From assembly GCF_018977255.1 (NCBI RefSeq), contig NW_024704742.1, forward strand, positions 97,156,001-97,220,000: a DNA stretch of 64,000 nt. Reading direction: 5' to 3'. Positions 39,101-54,100 of the stretch are shown piece by piece; the stretch's first letter is position 1; every line of letters starts with the position of its first letter. Source of the DNA: Callorhinchus milii. Taxonomy: Eukaryota. The notes below the pieces were generated by a model. The model did not search any database. It saw only the letters and a program-made list of their open reading frames with translations, and was not told the origin of the DNA. Made by a program: the position numbers and the translations under genes.

Positions 39101-42100
39101 GAGGGAGGGAGCAAAGCGGCAGGATTGAGGGAGAGAGTTCCAGGGCGTAGTGGCTGAAGGCATGGCCACCGATGGTGGAGTGGCGGGGATGAGGGACAAA
39201 CAGGAGGCCAGAGCCAGCCAAGTGGAGGCACTGGGTGAGGGAGTAAGCAAATCGGATAGGTTGGGAGGTGCGAGCGCATGAAGGGATTTGAAAACGAGTG
39301 AAAGGATCCTGAAATCGTACAGTAATTGGGAGCCAGTGGAGCCTGGCAAGGACTGGTGTGATAGGGGTACGGAGTTTTGTGCAGGTGAGAATCCAGGTTT
39401 AGCTGTATTTAGTTTATTGTAGAGATGGAGATACCAGCGAGGAAGGCATTGGAATAGTCCAGCTGGGAAGTGACAAAGGCGTGGACAATGGTTTAGGCTG
39501 CTTTTATTGTGAGGTACGGATGGAGGCGGGCAACGTGACAGAGGTGTAAAAAACATTCCTGGTCAGGAAACGGATGTGGAGTAGAAAGGAAAGCTGGGGA
39601 TCAAACCGAAAGCCTAAGTTGCGCAAGTTCGGTGAGATTGAGGGAGAGCCCTAGGAAGGTTGAGGAGAGAAGATGTTGACGGGAGCCAATGAGTATGGTG
39701 TCCGTCTTGCTGACATTCAGCTGCAAGAAATTTGCGCTCATCCAGGCCTTGATGTCCGTCAGACAAGCTGACAGGACATCAACGCACTGGGAGTCGCAGC
39801 TGGAGAAGGAGGAGTAGATTTGGGTGTCATCCACATACATTTGGAAGTTGACCCCATGTCTGCGGATGACATCGCCGAGAGGGAGCTTGTAGATTTGGAA
39901 AAGAAGGGGGGTAAGGATGAAGCCTTGTGGTACCTGCGGAGGAGGGAGGAGAAACCGTTTGCCAAGATGTATTGTTGTATTAATAATAATAATCAATGCA
40001 TTTGATTTAGAGCCTTATCATGTCTTCTGAGACATCTCAAAGCGCTTCACAGAATGTATTGTAAAGTGAGAGGATAGATAGGCAGAGAAATTCGAACGAC
40101 CATATAGACAGATAAAAAACTACAGATGCACAGAAAATCAAGTAGAGTGAGAAAGAGAGAGGGGCACATAAAAACACACTTATAGTGCTATTGCAGTGTG
40201 GATCTCATGTTAAAAAAAGCAGACTTCCAGGTGATCAGGTTGTCATTGACATCACTTCCTATTTTGAGCATGCACAGAAAATAAAAATTAATGTTGCAGT
40301 GACACCTGTCCCAGAAGTTGGTCATTTTGCTTTTAGCTTGGGAACTGTGCCAATTGTGTGCATTGTAAAACCCACTATTAAGCTTTACTTTGTCTCCACA
40401 AACGGTCCCTGAAATTCAGATCTCTGACTGTCCAGCATCTTGGGACGTTCTGCCAAAGTGAAAGGCGCTATACAAACGTAATTTTGCATTATATTTAACC
40501 CAGGTATACCAAGCATCACGTTATAAATAAGGCAGCACTGTACTTAATTTTATATAATTATAATGCACTGTAATTAAAGGATAGAGTTCAAACTTGAATA
40601 ATTTTCCCACATAAATGTTTAACAAGTTTTTCAACGGAATACAGCAAATTATCATGAAACATAACAACTGGTTAACCAGAAAAGGGCAAATAAATTACCT
40701 TCGTTATTTCGAATTCCATTTGAAATTCAGTCATATTTTTCATAGATTCTTGTTTTTTCAGCTGCTTTTGTTGCATAGTGTTTACCCTTTTGAATGACTC
40801 ATTTCTTGCAAGGAAAAATGGCGAATCTTCTGTAGGTGAGCTTGGAGCATCAAAGAATTCTTCTTCTGATTCTATGGAAGCTGAGCATGAAATTTTAAAA
40901 CATTATTAACAGATTTTCAGAAAATAGTAAAAGTTCATACTACCAATTAAAATAGATTGCGTGATATATTCCAGCTCATGTCACGGAAAAGCATGAGACA
41001 GGATTTAGGGTGACATATAGTGACAAAAACAATGAAGAAAGTAAACATATAGAAACTGCCACCTGACTCCCAATCAATATTAAGTGTCAAAACAGATAAC
41101 AGAACTGAACTCATCTCATTAAAATGCACACGAAAGAGCTCTGGCATGATCAATGATGTAAACTGAAAATATTGAGGAAGAACAAAAGGAGTAAAAGGAC
41201 AAGTTGAAGAGCACAAGTGTGTCTTAATGTAGGGCACTGCTGATGTCAGACCAGCCAGCCTAGCTCATCGGCCTCACTTGGAGGGGCAAGAGTTCTTCCC
41301 CCTGAGCTTGTGACCACATCACTCCCACCCTCGCTCGCCTCCACTGGCTCCCCATCCCCCAGAGGATCAAATTCAAGATCCTCATCCTCACCTACAAGGC
41401 CATTCACGGCCTTGCTCCCTCCTACCTCTCCGACCTACTATCCCCCTACCTACCTGCCCATACCCTCCGTTCCTCTGGCTCCGGTCTGCTCCACATCCCC
41501 CACCCCAACCGCCCTACCATCGGTGGTCGGGCCTTCAGCCTCTCAGCCCTTAGGCTCTGGAACTCTATCCCCCAGTGCCTTCCCCGCTTCCTCCCTTTCC
41601 TCCTTCAAGGCCGGTCTCAAGACCTTTCTCTTTGACCGTGCCTTCAGCTCCCCTCTCGACTCTCTCCCCCCTCCTCGCTCCCTCCCTTCACCCTGACCAT
41701 TTCCCCCAATGCTCAGGTCCTGACCCAACTGTACAGCGCCTTAGGACGTCCTCCCGACGTGTAAGGCGCTCAATAAATGGAATCTTGTGGTTGTTGTTGT
41801 TAACTCCACAAGCCAAAGCCCTAATGATAGGACGGTCCTAGCTGGACAAGCAGTGGGAACCTTGTCAAGACAGTGATTTCAATGACAATATGTATGGTTT
41901 TAGCGAGTTAAATTCCAGCAGTACTCCAATAAATGTTCTGGGCCCTCCAAGCATTGGCTTTTTGCCAATCTACACCAAATACTCTACACAATTTGGCAAA
42001 TGTGTCCCTCCAGGGAGATGGTGTGCATTCTATTTCAGATATAGGAAAATTTTCATGTATAATTGGCAAATATTACTGTAGAACTCTGTCTGGTTTGGAT

Positions 42101-45100
42101 ACTCTTAGGGATGGTGTTTGGTTTCCTCACATGTCAAGATTCCGGTTGACCAAAACATTTTTAAACCTCAGTAGGTTGAAAATGTAAGTATAATGGGAGG
42201 TGGATTCACAAAACCATACAATTGGTTAGGGTATGAATGTTCAAATATTTATTGTTTTTGGTGTGCTAACATTATGAATACACACTTGGAAGTTAATGAG
42301 CTTCAACAACAGGGTGAGGAATTGCAGAATCTTCTCTTGGGAAATGAACATGGGTAAAGTTCACAATAACACTGAAGGATCAATTAAACACATTTAAATG
42401 AGTTAAGTGATTAACTTGTTTTCAGAGATGACTTCAATTGACTATCAACTAATTAAGTCAATTTATATTAGTTGCCAATTCCTGATATTGTGAAATTTAA
42501 AAACCAAAAGCAGATATTTATCAGACTGATTTCAGTTCATCCCAAATACTCCAACTGCATAATAATTATAAGTATAATTGCAAATCAGTATTCATCAACA
42601 TATGAATTAAAAACACGGAGTAGCAAAAAAACAAATTAATAACATAACTTGCTGAGAACCAAGAGAACCAATTATGTAAACTGAAAGATAAATTTAAATA
42701 AAAAACAGTAATTTTGTACAGGCAGAATCCTACTGTAGATTTACATAAAATGGATAGCAATATTCCAGAAATAATATATTTCAGAAAATCTCACCTGCAA
42801 CACTTATAAGAGAAGAGTACACATTTCGTATTGATGCCCTCTGTACAGACCGAGGTGTCATATTAGGAGGCGATTTGTGAACCTAAACAAACAAGTTACA
42901 ATTAAATTATGTCAAATAAAGTGGAACATGATATGAGCCTCTAGTTTACTTCAGAATTGCACTTTCTAGTGAAATCATATCCTTAAAATAACCCACCCTA
43001 GGAATAACTGATATCCAGACCATCATCCGATTACAAAAGGGTATTAATTTAAAATTAACTTAACATTATATTTCTGGTTTAAAAACTAGTTCAAATGTGT
43101 AAGATTAAACAATTAATCATATTGTCTCTGAATATGAAAAGAAAACATTTTACAACATCCCAATATAATTTCCATTTTAAATCTATTGATTTAACCATAC
43201 CTGAAGTGTTTTTACAGTTGGTGATGGTTGCTTTTCTGGTGTAGGAATACTGTCAATTAAGCTTAAAACCGCTGTAAATTTTTCATCCGAGATACAAAAT
43301 GAAAGTAAAGAAAATCCACCATAGAGTTTAAATCTATTTTAAAAAAAGTAAAAGAACTGTATTACACCTTCAGTATAGATTCAACTTGGAAAATAGCTAT
43401 TTTGAATTGGGAAACAAATCTAGGTTTAAGTATATTTTAGAATATTTTTGGTAACCTTAGAATGCTTGTTTACATTTATGTCAAACAATAATAAAGAACA
43501 TCTAAAAGTATTTTCTGAAAATAACCAGGATCACAGCCACTTGCTTTACTTTTCATACTGAGCATCAGCTAAGAACATAAGAATATTTGGAAATGGGGGG
43601 GAAAAAGTGTTTGGTTTCAAAATTCCTGTTCTTTTTTGATTCTCAACTCCACTTACCTATGTGACACAATCCATCGACTCTGCATAAATATATCAAATTG
43701 CTCTTGAACATCTATCTATTTTCAAAGATCTTTCCTGTCAACTTATACCACAAGTTGACGAGCTTTTGAATAAAAATGTTACTTTCAATTTGCTTTTTAT
43801 TATATATTAACTCCATAATATCTAACCTTTTGATAGTGAACATTTAGCCTATACAATACTGTTAGCAATTTTGTTAAAACCTTTCAGTATCTTAAAAACT
43901 CATTCATCTTGAAGTTTCTTAGACTGAATAACAAAAATAATCCTTGCATTTGATACAGCGCTTTATCATGTTCTAGTCTCAAAGCGCTTCACAGAATATA
44001 TTGTAAAGTGAATTGACTGTGTATTGTGTGGGCGAAACGCAGCAGCCGATTGCGCACAGGAGTTGAATGGGTTGAGTGATCTCTTCCTATGATTCTAATT
44101 AACTTCCCAAAGAGGACAAATCCTATTTCCTTAACCCTTCATTGTAACTTAATTTCTTGATCTTCAGAACCACCTGATTGCTTGCCTCGGCACCTTCTCA
44201 AATTCAATGATATCCTTCCAAAGAGTAAAATGACCAGAATGCACACAGTACTCCAGACAGGGCCTGACCATGGCTTAATACATTCATACATTCACCTCTA
44301 GATTCCTCCCCTAACTAACAAAGACCATATATTTTGATCCTTACATTTGGTGTACTGCCGTTCATGTTGGAAGGATTTGTTAAAGAGCTTCACAGGATAC
44401 AGAGGCAAGTTGCAACAACAGGCAATTTGCGCACAGCAATGTCGCACAAACAGCCACAAAATGAATGACCAATTTTATTGGGGATTGTTGGTCAGGACAG
44501 CGGGAGAAACTCCCTTCTCTTTTCAAAGTGTCATTGGATCTTTAACATCCACCTGAACAGGCAGACGAGACCTCAGCTTAACATCTTATCTAAAGGAAAG
44601 CACTTCCAAAAATGCAGCACACCCTGACACTGCACTGAAGTATCAGCCTAGAGTATATGAGTTCTAAGTCTCGATGTGGGATTTGAACCCACAACATTCT
44701 GATTCCCTGTCAAATCTCTTCACTTCCTGGAACCTCTCCAATCTGTTTACCTCCCATTCCATAGCCTTCATCAGTTGACACAGGTCTTTTGCACATCCCT
44801 TGTCCACAATCAGCAACTGTACTTTCAGCCACTATGCCCTGAACCTCTGGAACTCCTAGTCTCAATCCTTCCATCTTGCCCCTATTTAAATCACACCTGA
44901 AGACTTTCTTCTTCGATCGACATTTACGCACGTTAAATCAAAACAGTTTTTTCTTCCGCAAGCACAGACATCAAAAACAATTCAAAGAAAATCAGGCCTT
45001 TTATGTTTTAAAACCCTGTTCTGTTGAACACAGTGTGTAGAGGATGCTATGTTCAAAGAAAAAAGAATCTACAAATTAGGTATTCCTTTTCAATGCTGAG

Positions 45101-48100
45101 TCACCAAGTGCCCTGCGTAATAATGACTTCAATCCACAACCGGTTGTGGGACACTGCTGTGCGCAATTGGCTGCCATGCTTCACCTGCAAAATACACTTT
45201 ACAATATATTCTGTGAAGCTGTTATGCTGACTTCAATACTGAAAAGGTCAGTGCTTCTTAAATGTATACTACTAACAATTGCCGCCAGTTAACTCTTAAC
45301 TAACATTTGAAAGATAAAGGATTTGACAGGATAGAGTGAGGGAAGAAGGGAAAGTACACCAACAAAGAAAGTAGACTGAAAACATGGTAAAGTAAAAAAT
45401 GAAGAAATAAAAAAAGATAACAAGCACGGAAGAGAATAAAAGCTATTATCAATGTAAGTGTAGATACTGATGTAGCTAGTAAGAGAATGAATTATTGAGA
45501 TACGAACACAAAGGGTTAGGAAAGCAGTAAAAATGAGGTAGGGCCATGGAATGGAAATAAGGGATGCCTCAAGTTCTAGTGAGAGATTAGCTGGTAAATT
45601 GCTTAGAAACAGAAATCTGAAGCACAGGAGGCTATTCAGCCCACAAATTCACACTGGCTCACAGAGCAAGGAGATCAATTCAATTCCCATCACCCCACCT
45701 TATCCCTGTATACCTTAAGTTCCTCTCCTTCATATGCCTATAGACTTCTCTCTTGAAAACGACAAAGGACTCCACCTACTCAGGAGGGAGTTACACATCC
45801 CAACTACTCTTTGAATGAAAAAATTCCTCCTAAGTTCTCCTTTCGCTGTTCTTGCAGCTATCTTACAATTATGTTCCCTCATCACCGACTCCCTATCAGT
45901 GGAAACAGCAGTCCTTTTATGTTTTATCCCATTTCCATAATTTGAATGTATTTAAATTCAAATGTATAATACAGTGAATAGTAAATGAGAAACAAATCTG
46001 GATTTGGTACAGACAGTGTGGGAAAAATTGGGTCTAAAATGTGATATTTGAAAAAGGATTAATTATGTTAATTGTGACATCTGATTTACAAATAAAGGCT
46101 TGCAGTTTGTTTTGCTCACTGACCTTATCAAGATAGCCAGCTAAGGAATCACCATTCAGCAATTCAGCTAAAAGCTGGATTGATCAAACTGATTTTCAAA
46201 GAACCAATTATGGCAATTTATGTTATAACTTATGTTTAATTCCACATTGGTTTTATATTTTCTAAAAACTAGAATATTGAGTAGAATATCAACATCACCA
46301 TACAAGATTCAAAGACAGTACATTTTACTGTACTTAGTAAAAAGTCAAAAAGCTTGTTAACTGTCAAGAGTCAACTTGCAAATCTGGCACATCAGAAAAT
46401 AGTCTTGTGCAATCAATTTATATTCAAACATGTCATCAATTTTACTCTGTAATTAATGTTGTCCAGCACATTAATAACAACTGCATCTAACTTTCCACAA
46501 CTAATAACCGTATACATACTTTGGCATTCTTGCATCGGAAATCACCATTGCTCTGCTGAACTCTAGTTTCAAATCCATGGGCTCCAAGATGTGCAGAGAA
46601 GAACGCTTTGTTTTGCGAGCTTCCTTCCAGTTCTCATCTAAATAGAAATGCCAAAAGGATAATATATTTAATACTACAAAATTCAGAATAACTTTGCCTC
46701 TGAGGCTTCCAAGGTCATCTTCAGCTCCAGTGGCATACGATAGAACAGGACGAGACGTGCTCACGTTTCTTATTTCAGAAAGCGAGCAGAAGCAGTTCTG
46801 TGATCAGTGTGCTGAGGGACGAAACAGGCTTGGTGTACGCGGAGTAGGCCGATGCACAGCGGATTGCCAGAGCTTTTTATGCTGACCGTAGAAAACCCAT
46901 AGCGAGCACGGCCTCCCGAGATTTCCTGACTGCCCTACCCGAGGTGCTGGACGAGGTGGGCCGGGAGCACTCAGAACGCCCTCGCACATCTCTGCCCTCC
47001 CTCATCCCAACTCTGTCCCCCCACACTCCTGATCCCCACTGTTCAGCACCTTTCAATTGAGCCAAGCTGACACCTACTTCATTGGTTCTAACATAAATGT
47101 TACAGCATAGCACGCCGCTTAACCCATTGTGTCTGTCTAGGCTTTTGAAAAATTGTCATTGATTTACTCCTATCCCCTTGTCCTGTCTCTTTTTAAAAAA
47201 AAAATATTTTCAAGCATTTCACCAATTCACTTTTAAAACCTTGAATTGATTTTCACTTGAACTTCTCTTTTAATATAAGGTAATCTTTGCCCGAATAACT
47301 CTCTGTGGAAAAATATTCTACTCACTGTTTTTTTTTAGAAACAACCTTGAATTTACGGCCATTAATTACCTATCCACTAAATAGTGTAAGTATCTTCCTA
47401 GTTACTAAAACCCCTTCAATTTGGAACCCTTCTATCAGGTCACCCCTCAACTCTCTGTTCTAGTGAAAACACCTCCAATTTCTGTATTCTCTAAAGAGTA
47501 AATATTTCAACCCTGTTAATGCACTACTACCACACTGAATTAATTTCATGAACGAAAGAAATTTAAACATATCTGAAAAATATTTTGCAGATTTTGAAGA
47601 CTTGGATGGATACATACGTGGTTTAGCATAGAGTAGCTGAATGCTACTCAGTTGCATGTCGAACGTATCATAGGCTCTGGCCATTATATCTTCCAAAGCA
47701 CTCTCTCCAATTGTAAGTTGTGGAAGATTTGTACGACTTCTACTCATCATCTAACAAAAATCAAGAGATTTTCTGATTGCATAATATTACTAAGTCAAGA
47801 AGCTATTTGTTCAACCTACACGTACGAAATAGTTACGACAACAGACCAAAATGTTGAAATTTTAATAATAAAGAAATACAGTAAAACTCACATAAGTCAT
47901 ACCATTTAGGACCATACATTTAACATGACTTATACAAAGTATGAGTTACGTCAAACTTAGCATAAATTGTATCATATATGACTTATGTAAAGTTATATAT
48001 AAGTCAGAGTTTATATGACTTAACACATAACAACTACAGTACATGAGTAGTGTACTGGCTGGTGACATTAAAGTAAGGTGTCCTTACCATGTTTAATCCA

Positions 48101-51100
48101 TGTTTAGCCCATTCTCTCCATATAGTACTGCACAGTACTGCAGAAAACATGTACTGGCACACTGGCAACAAATAGCACAACCAAACAGATTTAAAAACAA
48201 AAATGTTTTATTAGAATATAAACTCTTACTAAGATTGTTTCACATGCTCCAACCTTTTGGCTGCTGAGGGTTGGATACCTTTTTGAGACCATGAAACACT
48301 ACACTCACTTCCCCTCTCTCTCTGTGCTCTCTGTTTCTCTCTCTTCCTTTATTCTCTTTCTCTCCCCCTCTCTCCCCTCTTTCCATCTCTCTGCTTCTTT
48401 CTCAATCAGCCTCAATCTCACCTAAACCTCTAATACAGTGCTCCTCCAGAGCTATATTGGAGTGTCAGTTTACTTGGGCTTAAAATCACAATTTGACTCA
48501 GAGGTTAGAGTGTTACCAGCTGAGCCAGGCTAGTGAAATATCTTAATATAGCATTTAAGATTTTCATTTTAGATTGGATGCCGATGTAGATGTCACACTT
48601 AACAGTGCATATAAGATACAAATTCTAATTCAATAATTTTAGACAAATAAAATACTGAAGTGATTTTGTTGTCCCGTCTTACAAAACTTACCTTTAAATG
48701 ACCAAGATCTAAAATCAGTAGGCTGGAAGAATTATCAAAAAGGCCATTCTGTGGAACAATTACGTAGGAAGACATGAGGTTTATTTTAAAGTCGATCACT
48801 TTCTGTGTCTCAATAATGTACATCAACCCTGTAAAGCAGCAACACAAGTATATAAATAAACATCAGCACAATTAATTAAAGGGCAGCCATGAATTCCTTT
48901 CAGATATCTTCTGATCTTATTATTGAATAATCATTCATACCACAAGAGAGAATTCTTAATTGGACCGACAACAGTACACATTATAATTATTCAATCATAG
49001 AATTTTACAACAAACAGGCTACTCAACAACAAGTTGCATTTATGTTTTTTGTTAGATCTGGTTTTGAGTAATGAAATAGGGCTAATCAGCAATCTGGAAG
49101 TTAAGGCTCCTCGAGGGCAGAGTGACCATAACATGATGCAATTTAGCACTGATTTAGAGAGTGATGTAGTTAATTCCGAAACAAGGGTCTTTCATTTAAA
49201 TAGAGCCAACATTGCAGGAATGAGAGAGGATTTAGCTAAAATACACTGGGGAATTAGTTTAAAGGATATGACAGTAGACCAGCAATGGCAACGCTTTAAA
49301 GATATAGAACGTAATTCCCAGCGATCACATTTTCCCTTGAGAAATGAAAATACCACAGGAAAAGTGGTTCAACCATGGATAACTAGAGCAGTTAGGGAAA
49401 GTATAAAATTAAACACTGCCAAAAAGAGCAATAAACCCGAGGATTGGGAGGGCTTAAGAGATCAACAAAGAAAAATTAAGAAAATGATTAGGAGGGAGAA
49501 AATGGATTATGAGGGCAAACTAGCTAGGAACATAAAGGCAGAAGGCAAGAGTTTTTACAAATACATAAAAAGGAAGAGACTATCAAAAGTGAATGCGGGT
49601 CCATTACAGGCAGAGACAGGAGGAATTATAATAGGGATTACAGATATGGCAGAGTCATTAAACAAATACTTTGCTTCTGTCTTCACGTTAGAAGACACTG
49701 AAAACTTACCAAAAATGGAAGGGAACCAAGAAGCTAATGTTAGTGAGCAACTTAGGGAAATTAACATCAGTAAAGAATTAGTACTAGGGAAACTGTTGGG
49801 ATTGAAAAATGACAAATCCCCTGGACCTGATGGCCTGCATCCTAGGGTTTTAAAAGAGGTGGCTGCTGAGATAGTGGATGGCTTGTTTTTGATCTTCCAA
49901 AATTCTCTGGATTCTGGAATGGTTCCCATTGATTGGAAGATCGCAAACGTAACACCACTATTTAAGAAGGGTGGGAGAGAGAAGATGGGGAACTATAGGC
50001 CAGTCAGTCTGACATCTGTGGTAGGGAAAATTCTGGAATCCTTAATTAGGGACATCGTAGTGGGGTACTTAGAGGACCATAACATGATTAGGCAGAGTCA
50101 ACATGGCTTTACAAAAGGGAAGTCATGCTTAACAAATCTTTTAGAGTTTTTTGAGGATGTAACTAGCAGGTTAGATAGGGGGGAACCAGTAGATGTAGTG
50201 TATTTAGATTTTCAGAAGGCATTCGACAAGGTGCCACATAAAAGGCTGCTACACAAGATTAGGGCCCATGGAATTAAAGGCAATATATTAGCATGGATCG
50301 AAGAGTGGCTAACGGGAAGAATAAAAGAGAGTAGGGGATAAACGGGTCCTTCTCAGATTGGCAAGATGTGATTAGTGGAGTGCCACAAGGATCAGTGCTT
50401 GGGCCTCAACTATTCTCAATCTATATCAATGATCTGGATGAGGTCATAGAACTTAAAATATCTAAATTTGTGGATGGCACTAAGCTAGGTGGGAGAGTAA
50501 GCTCTGAGGATGACACAAAAAGATTGCAAAGGGATATAGATAGGCTCGGGGAGTGGGCAAGTAGGTGGCAGATGGAATATAATGTGGGGAAGTGTGAAGT
50601 TATTCACCTAGGTAATAAAAACAGAAAAGCAGATTATTTTCTAGAAGGGGAGAGACTAGATAGTGTCAGTGTTCAGAGGGATTTGGGTGTCCTTGTACAC
50701 CAGTCATAAAACGTTAATATGCAGGTACAGCAAGAAACTAGGAAGGCTGATGGCATAATGGCGTTTATTGCAAAAGGGTTAGAATACAAGAGTAGGGAAG
50801 TCTTTTTGCATCCGTATAGGGCCTTGGTGAGTCCGCACCTAGAATATTGTGTGCAGTTTTGGTCTCCTTATTTAAGAAAGGATATACTCGCCTTAAAGGG
50901 GATGCATCGGAGATTCACTAGGTTGGTTTCTGGGATGAGGGGGTTGACCTATGAGAGTGGTTGAGTAAACTATATTCTCTAGAATATAGAAGAATTAGAG
51001 GTGATCTTACAGAAACATACAAGATTCTTATGGGGCTTGACAGATTAGACAGTGTGAGACTGTTTCCCCTGGTAGGAGAATCTATAACTAGGGATCACAG

Positions 51101-54100
51101 TCTTAGGATTAAGGGTCAGCCTTTTCGAACAGAGTTAAGGAAACACTTCTTCACTCAGAGGGTAGTAAATTTATGAAATTCTCTACCCCAGAAGGCTGTA
51201 GATGCTCAGTCCTTGAACATATTCAAGACTGAGATTGATAGATTTCAAAAAGGATAGAGGGATTAAGGGACATGGGGATAAGGCAGGCAGATGGAGTTGG
51301 TTAGAAGATCAGCTCTTATTGAATGGCGGGGCAGGCTCGAGGGGCCGAATGGCCTACTCCTGCTCCTAATTCCAATGTTCCTATGTAGCACACATGACAC
51401 ATGGTAGCACTTCCGAGAGCTTAACAATGGTGGAGCTTGACACCAAGCCAGAGGAAGATGACCATAGCACAGTCAAAGAGGAAGGCCTTAAAGCGTGATC
51501 TGAAAATGGGGAAAGAGAGGACAAGGCAGAGGGTTTGAGGGAGAAAGTTCCAGAGTTTTGGGGCGTAGAAGCTGAAAGCATGGACATAGGAACATAGGAA
51601 CAGGAATAGGCCATTCAGCCCCTCGAGCCGGTTCCACTATTCTACAAGATTATGGCTGATCTGAATACTTGATACCCTGACCTATCAAAACTCTATCCAT
51701 CTCAGTCTTGAAAATTTGAATGGATCCAGCATCCTCAGCGTTTTGGGAGAGAAAGTTCCAAATTTCCACTACCCTTTGTGTGAAAAAAATCCTGATTTCA
51801 CTCCTAAATGGTTCAGCTCTAATTTTAAAATTATTTCCCGTTTTTCTGGATTCCCCACCAGAGGATATAGTTTTTCTGTAGTTACCCTATCGAGTCCCTT
51901 TATTATTTTAAAAACCTCAGTCAGATCACCCCTCGACCTTCTAAATTCAAGGAAACACAGACCAAAGTATTTGTCTCAGAGGGGGTCTGACTTTTGATAA
52001 CTTTTTGTACTTGTGAGCTTGTGTTTAATGATTTGGACGCCGATAGTTGAACGGAGGGGACGAGGAAGTGGCATGGGGAATAAACGTTCAGCCCATCAAA
52101 TCTGAGCCATCTTATCTTGAATGGAGTTTCTACCAGTGTCTTGGCCAACAATTCCCCAGACAAAGCTTGTCATTCATTTCATGTTTTTTTGGGTGACATT
52201 GCTGTGTGTAAATTGGCTGCCTCGTTTGCCTATAAAATATACAGTTGCTACACTTTACAATAAATCCTGTGAAGCACTTTGATATTCTCCTGACATGAAA
52301 GGCACTTTATCAAATTATGATTAATATTATTATATTATTATTAATAATATAATCCCACTCACCTGCTCACTCACCATATCTTTAATAATAATAATCTTTC
52401 AAGCATTTATTTAATTCTGATCAACTAAACATACAGTCTCTGTCTCAAAAAAGGTTTCACGTTCTAGCCACCTTCAGTGCAAATCAATTTATTTGCAACC
52501 TCCCCAAATAATTCCTTTAGTGATTATCTTAATTATCTGTTTTTGTGACCGACAAAACACATCTTATGCTAAGTGGAAACAAACAATAATAAACTGGTCA
52601 TTTTCAATCCACGAATATTTGTGGGACACTGCTGTGTGCAATTGGCTGCCGCGTTTCACCAACAAATATATGGTCAATGCACTTTACAGCATATTCTATG
52701 AAGCGCTTTGAGACGTCTAGAAGACGTGAAAAGCGCTAAATCAAATGCAATTATTATTATTATACCATATATTATTGTATATACATACATAGTAACCTAT
52801 AATTCCAACCCATGCACCCTTGTGGAGTCACTGTTATATAAATTATACCATTAGAATGACTAAAATTATACGGAAGGAATGTTTTTCAATAATATCCTGA
52901 AATTAAAATGAAGGGAATAGAATCCTCAATTTCCAAATTGGACATTTAAGATCCAGAGCAGATGGCAAATTATCTCTGAATTAATCATGTTCAAGTCTTG
53001 AATCACTTTGGTGTTGTCCCAACCTGGGAAGCAGCAAATACCCTTTGCCTTTCAATGATCAAGACAAACGTCAGAGTATTAAAGCTCCTCCACTTAACTA
53101 CATCAAGCAGTGAAGTATGCACTTCATGTACTAACTCTGATCAGATATCCTGGTATTCAATTCCCTTACTGAAGTCAAAGTAGGAAACATAAATCAATTG
53201 AAAAATGGAAAATAACTGAAAATGCATTCTACAGTTTTTGTCTGGAAAAGTAAGATTTACCAAAAAAAATGTCCTTTATTAAAATTGGATCCACTGCATT
53301 AGACTTAAAAATCACTTCTTTATTCACCAAGTTTAACTATCACCATTCTGTTTATTGACTACACTGATGAGTCTAACCATTATTATTTTTAATATTAAAT
53401 GCCACAGTTCAATTATCCAGATAATTCAAAATCATGTAGTTTCCCTCTCCCAATCTTTTTCTTCCACATTTCTAAGCAAAATGTTAACTAAATTACTGAA
53501 AGTTAATTATTCAGAAGCTCATTGATCAAACCAATATAACAGCATAATATATATTGATATTTACCTGTGGCAGTTCTGTCACGGAATTCCTCAAGCTTCA
53601 TCAAAGTAGCTGATGTCAGCTGTTCCAATTCAACATTTCTGGGAGTTTGAAAGAACCCCACCAAACTGTTCACAGATCGCTGTTGGAAGGTATACGTTAT
53701 TCTTTTAGTGAAGTTATTTAAACCACATCAATAATTTAAGCCACTGCAAATATGTCTTACTTTAGCATAAATAAATGGGGAAGATTTTTTTTCAAAAATA
53801 TTAGCACTCAAAAGCTAACTTTGTACAGAAATCTTTATTCATATTGTCTCTCCTCATCTCAATGCACCAACTCATGATGGTGAAGTTTCACCATTTCACA
53901 ATCAACCTATTGGCTGTTTTTCATGTTAGCCTATCTGTTCTCACTTGACCTAACTGAAGCTAGAATATTCGATTTATGATCCATTCTTTGTAGATATCAA
54001 TTTAGCTACTTGATTGGCTGGTCCCCATCATTTTCCACTCAGTCATATAAGAAGACAATTATTTTACTATTAAAAGTAATAAAATACAAAATGTACATCT

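Noticed and set aside
49034..50341. 435-aa ORF as a nested host gene or active reverse transcriptase
   Set aside because: It is a 5'-truncated CR1 ORF2 with downstream frameshifts, stops and a mutated catalytic motif (FVDG)
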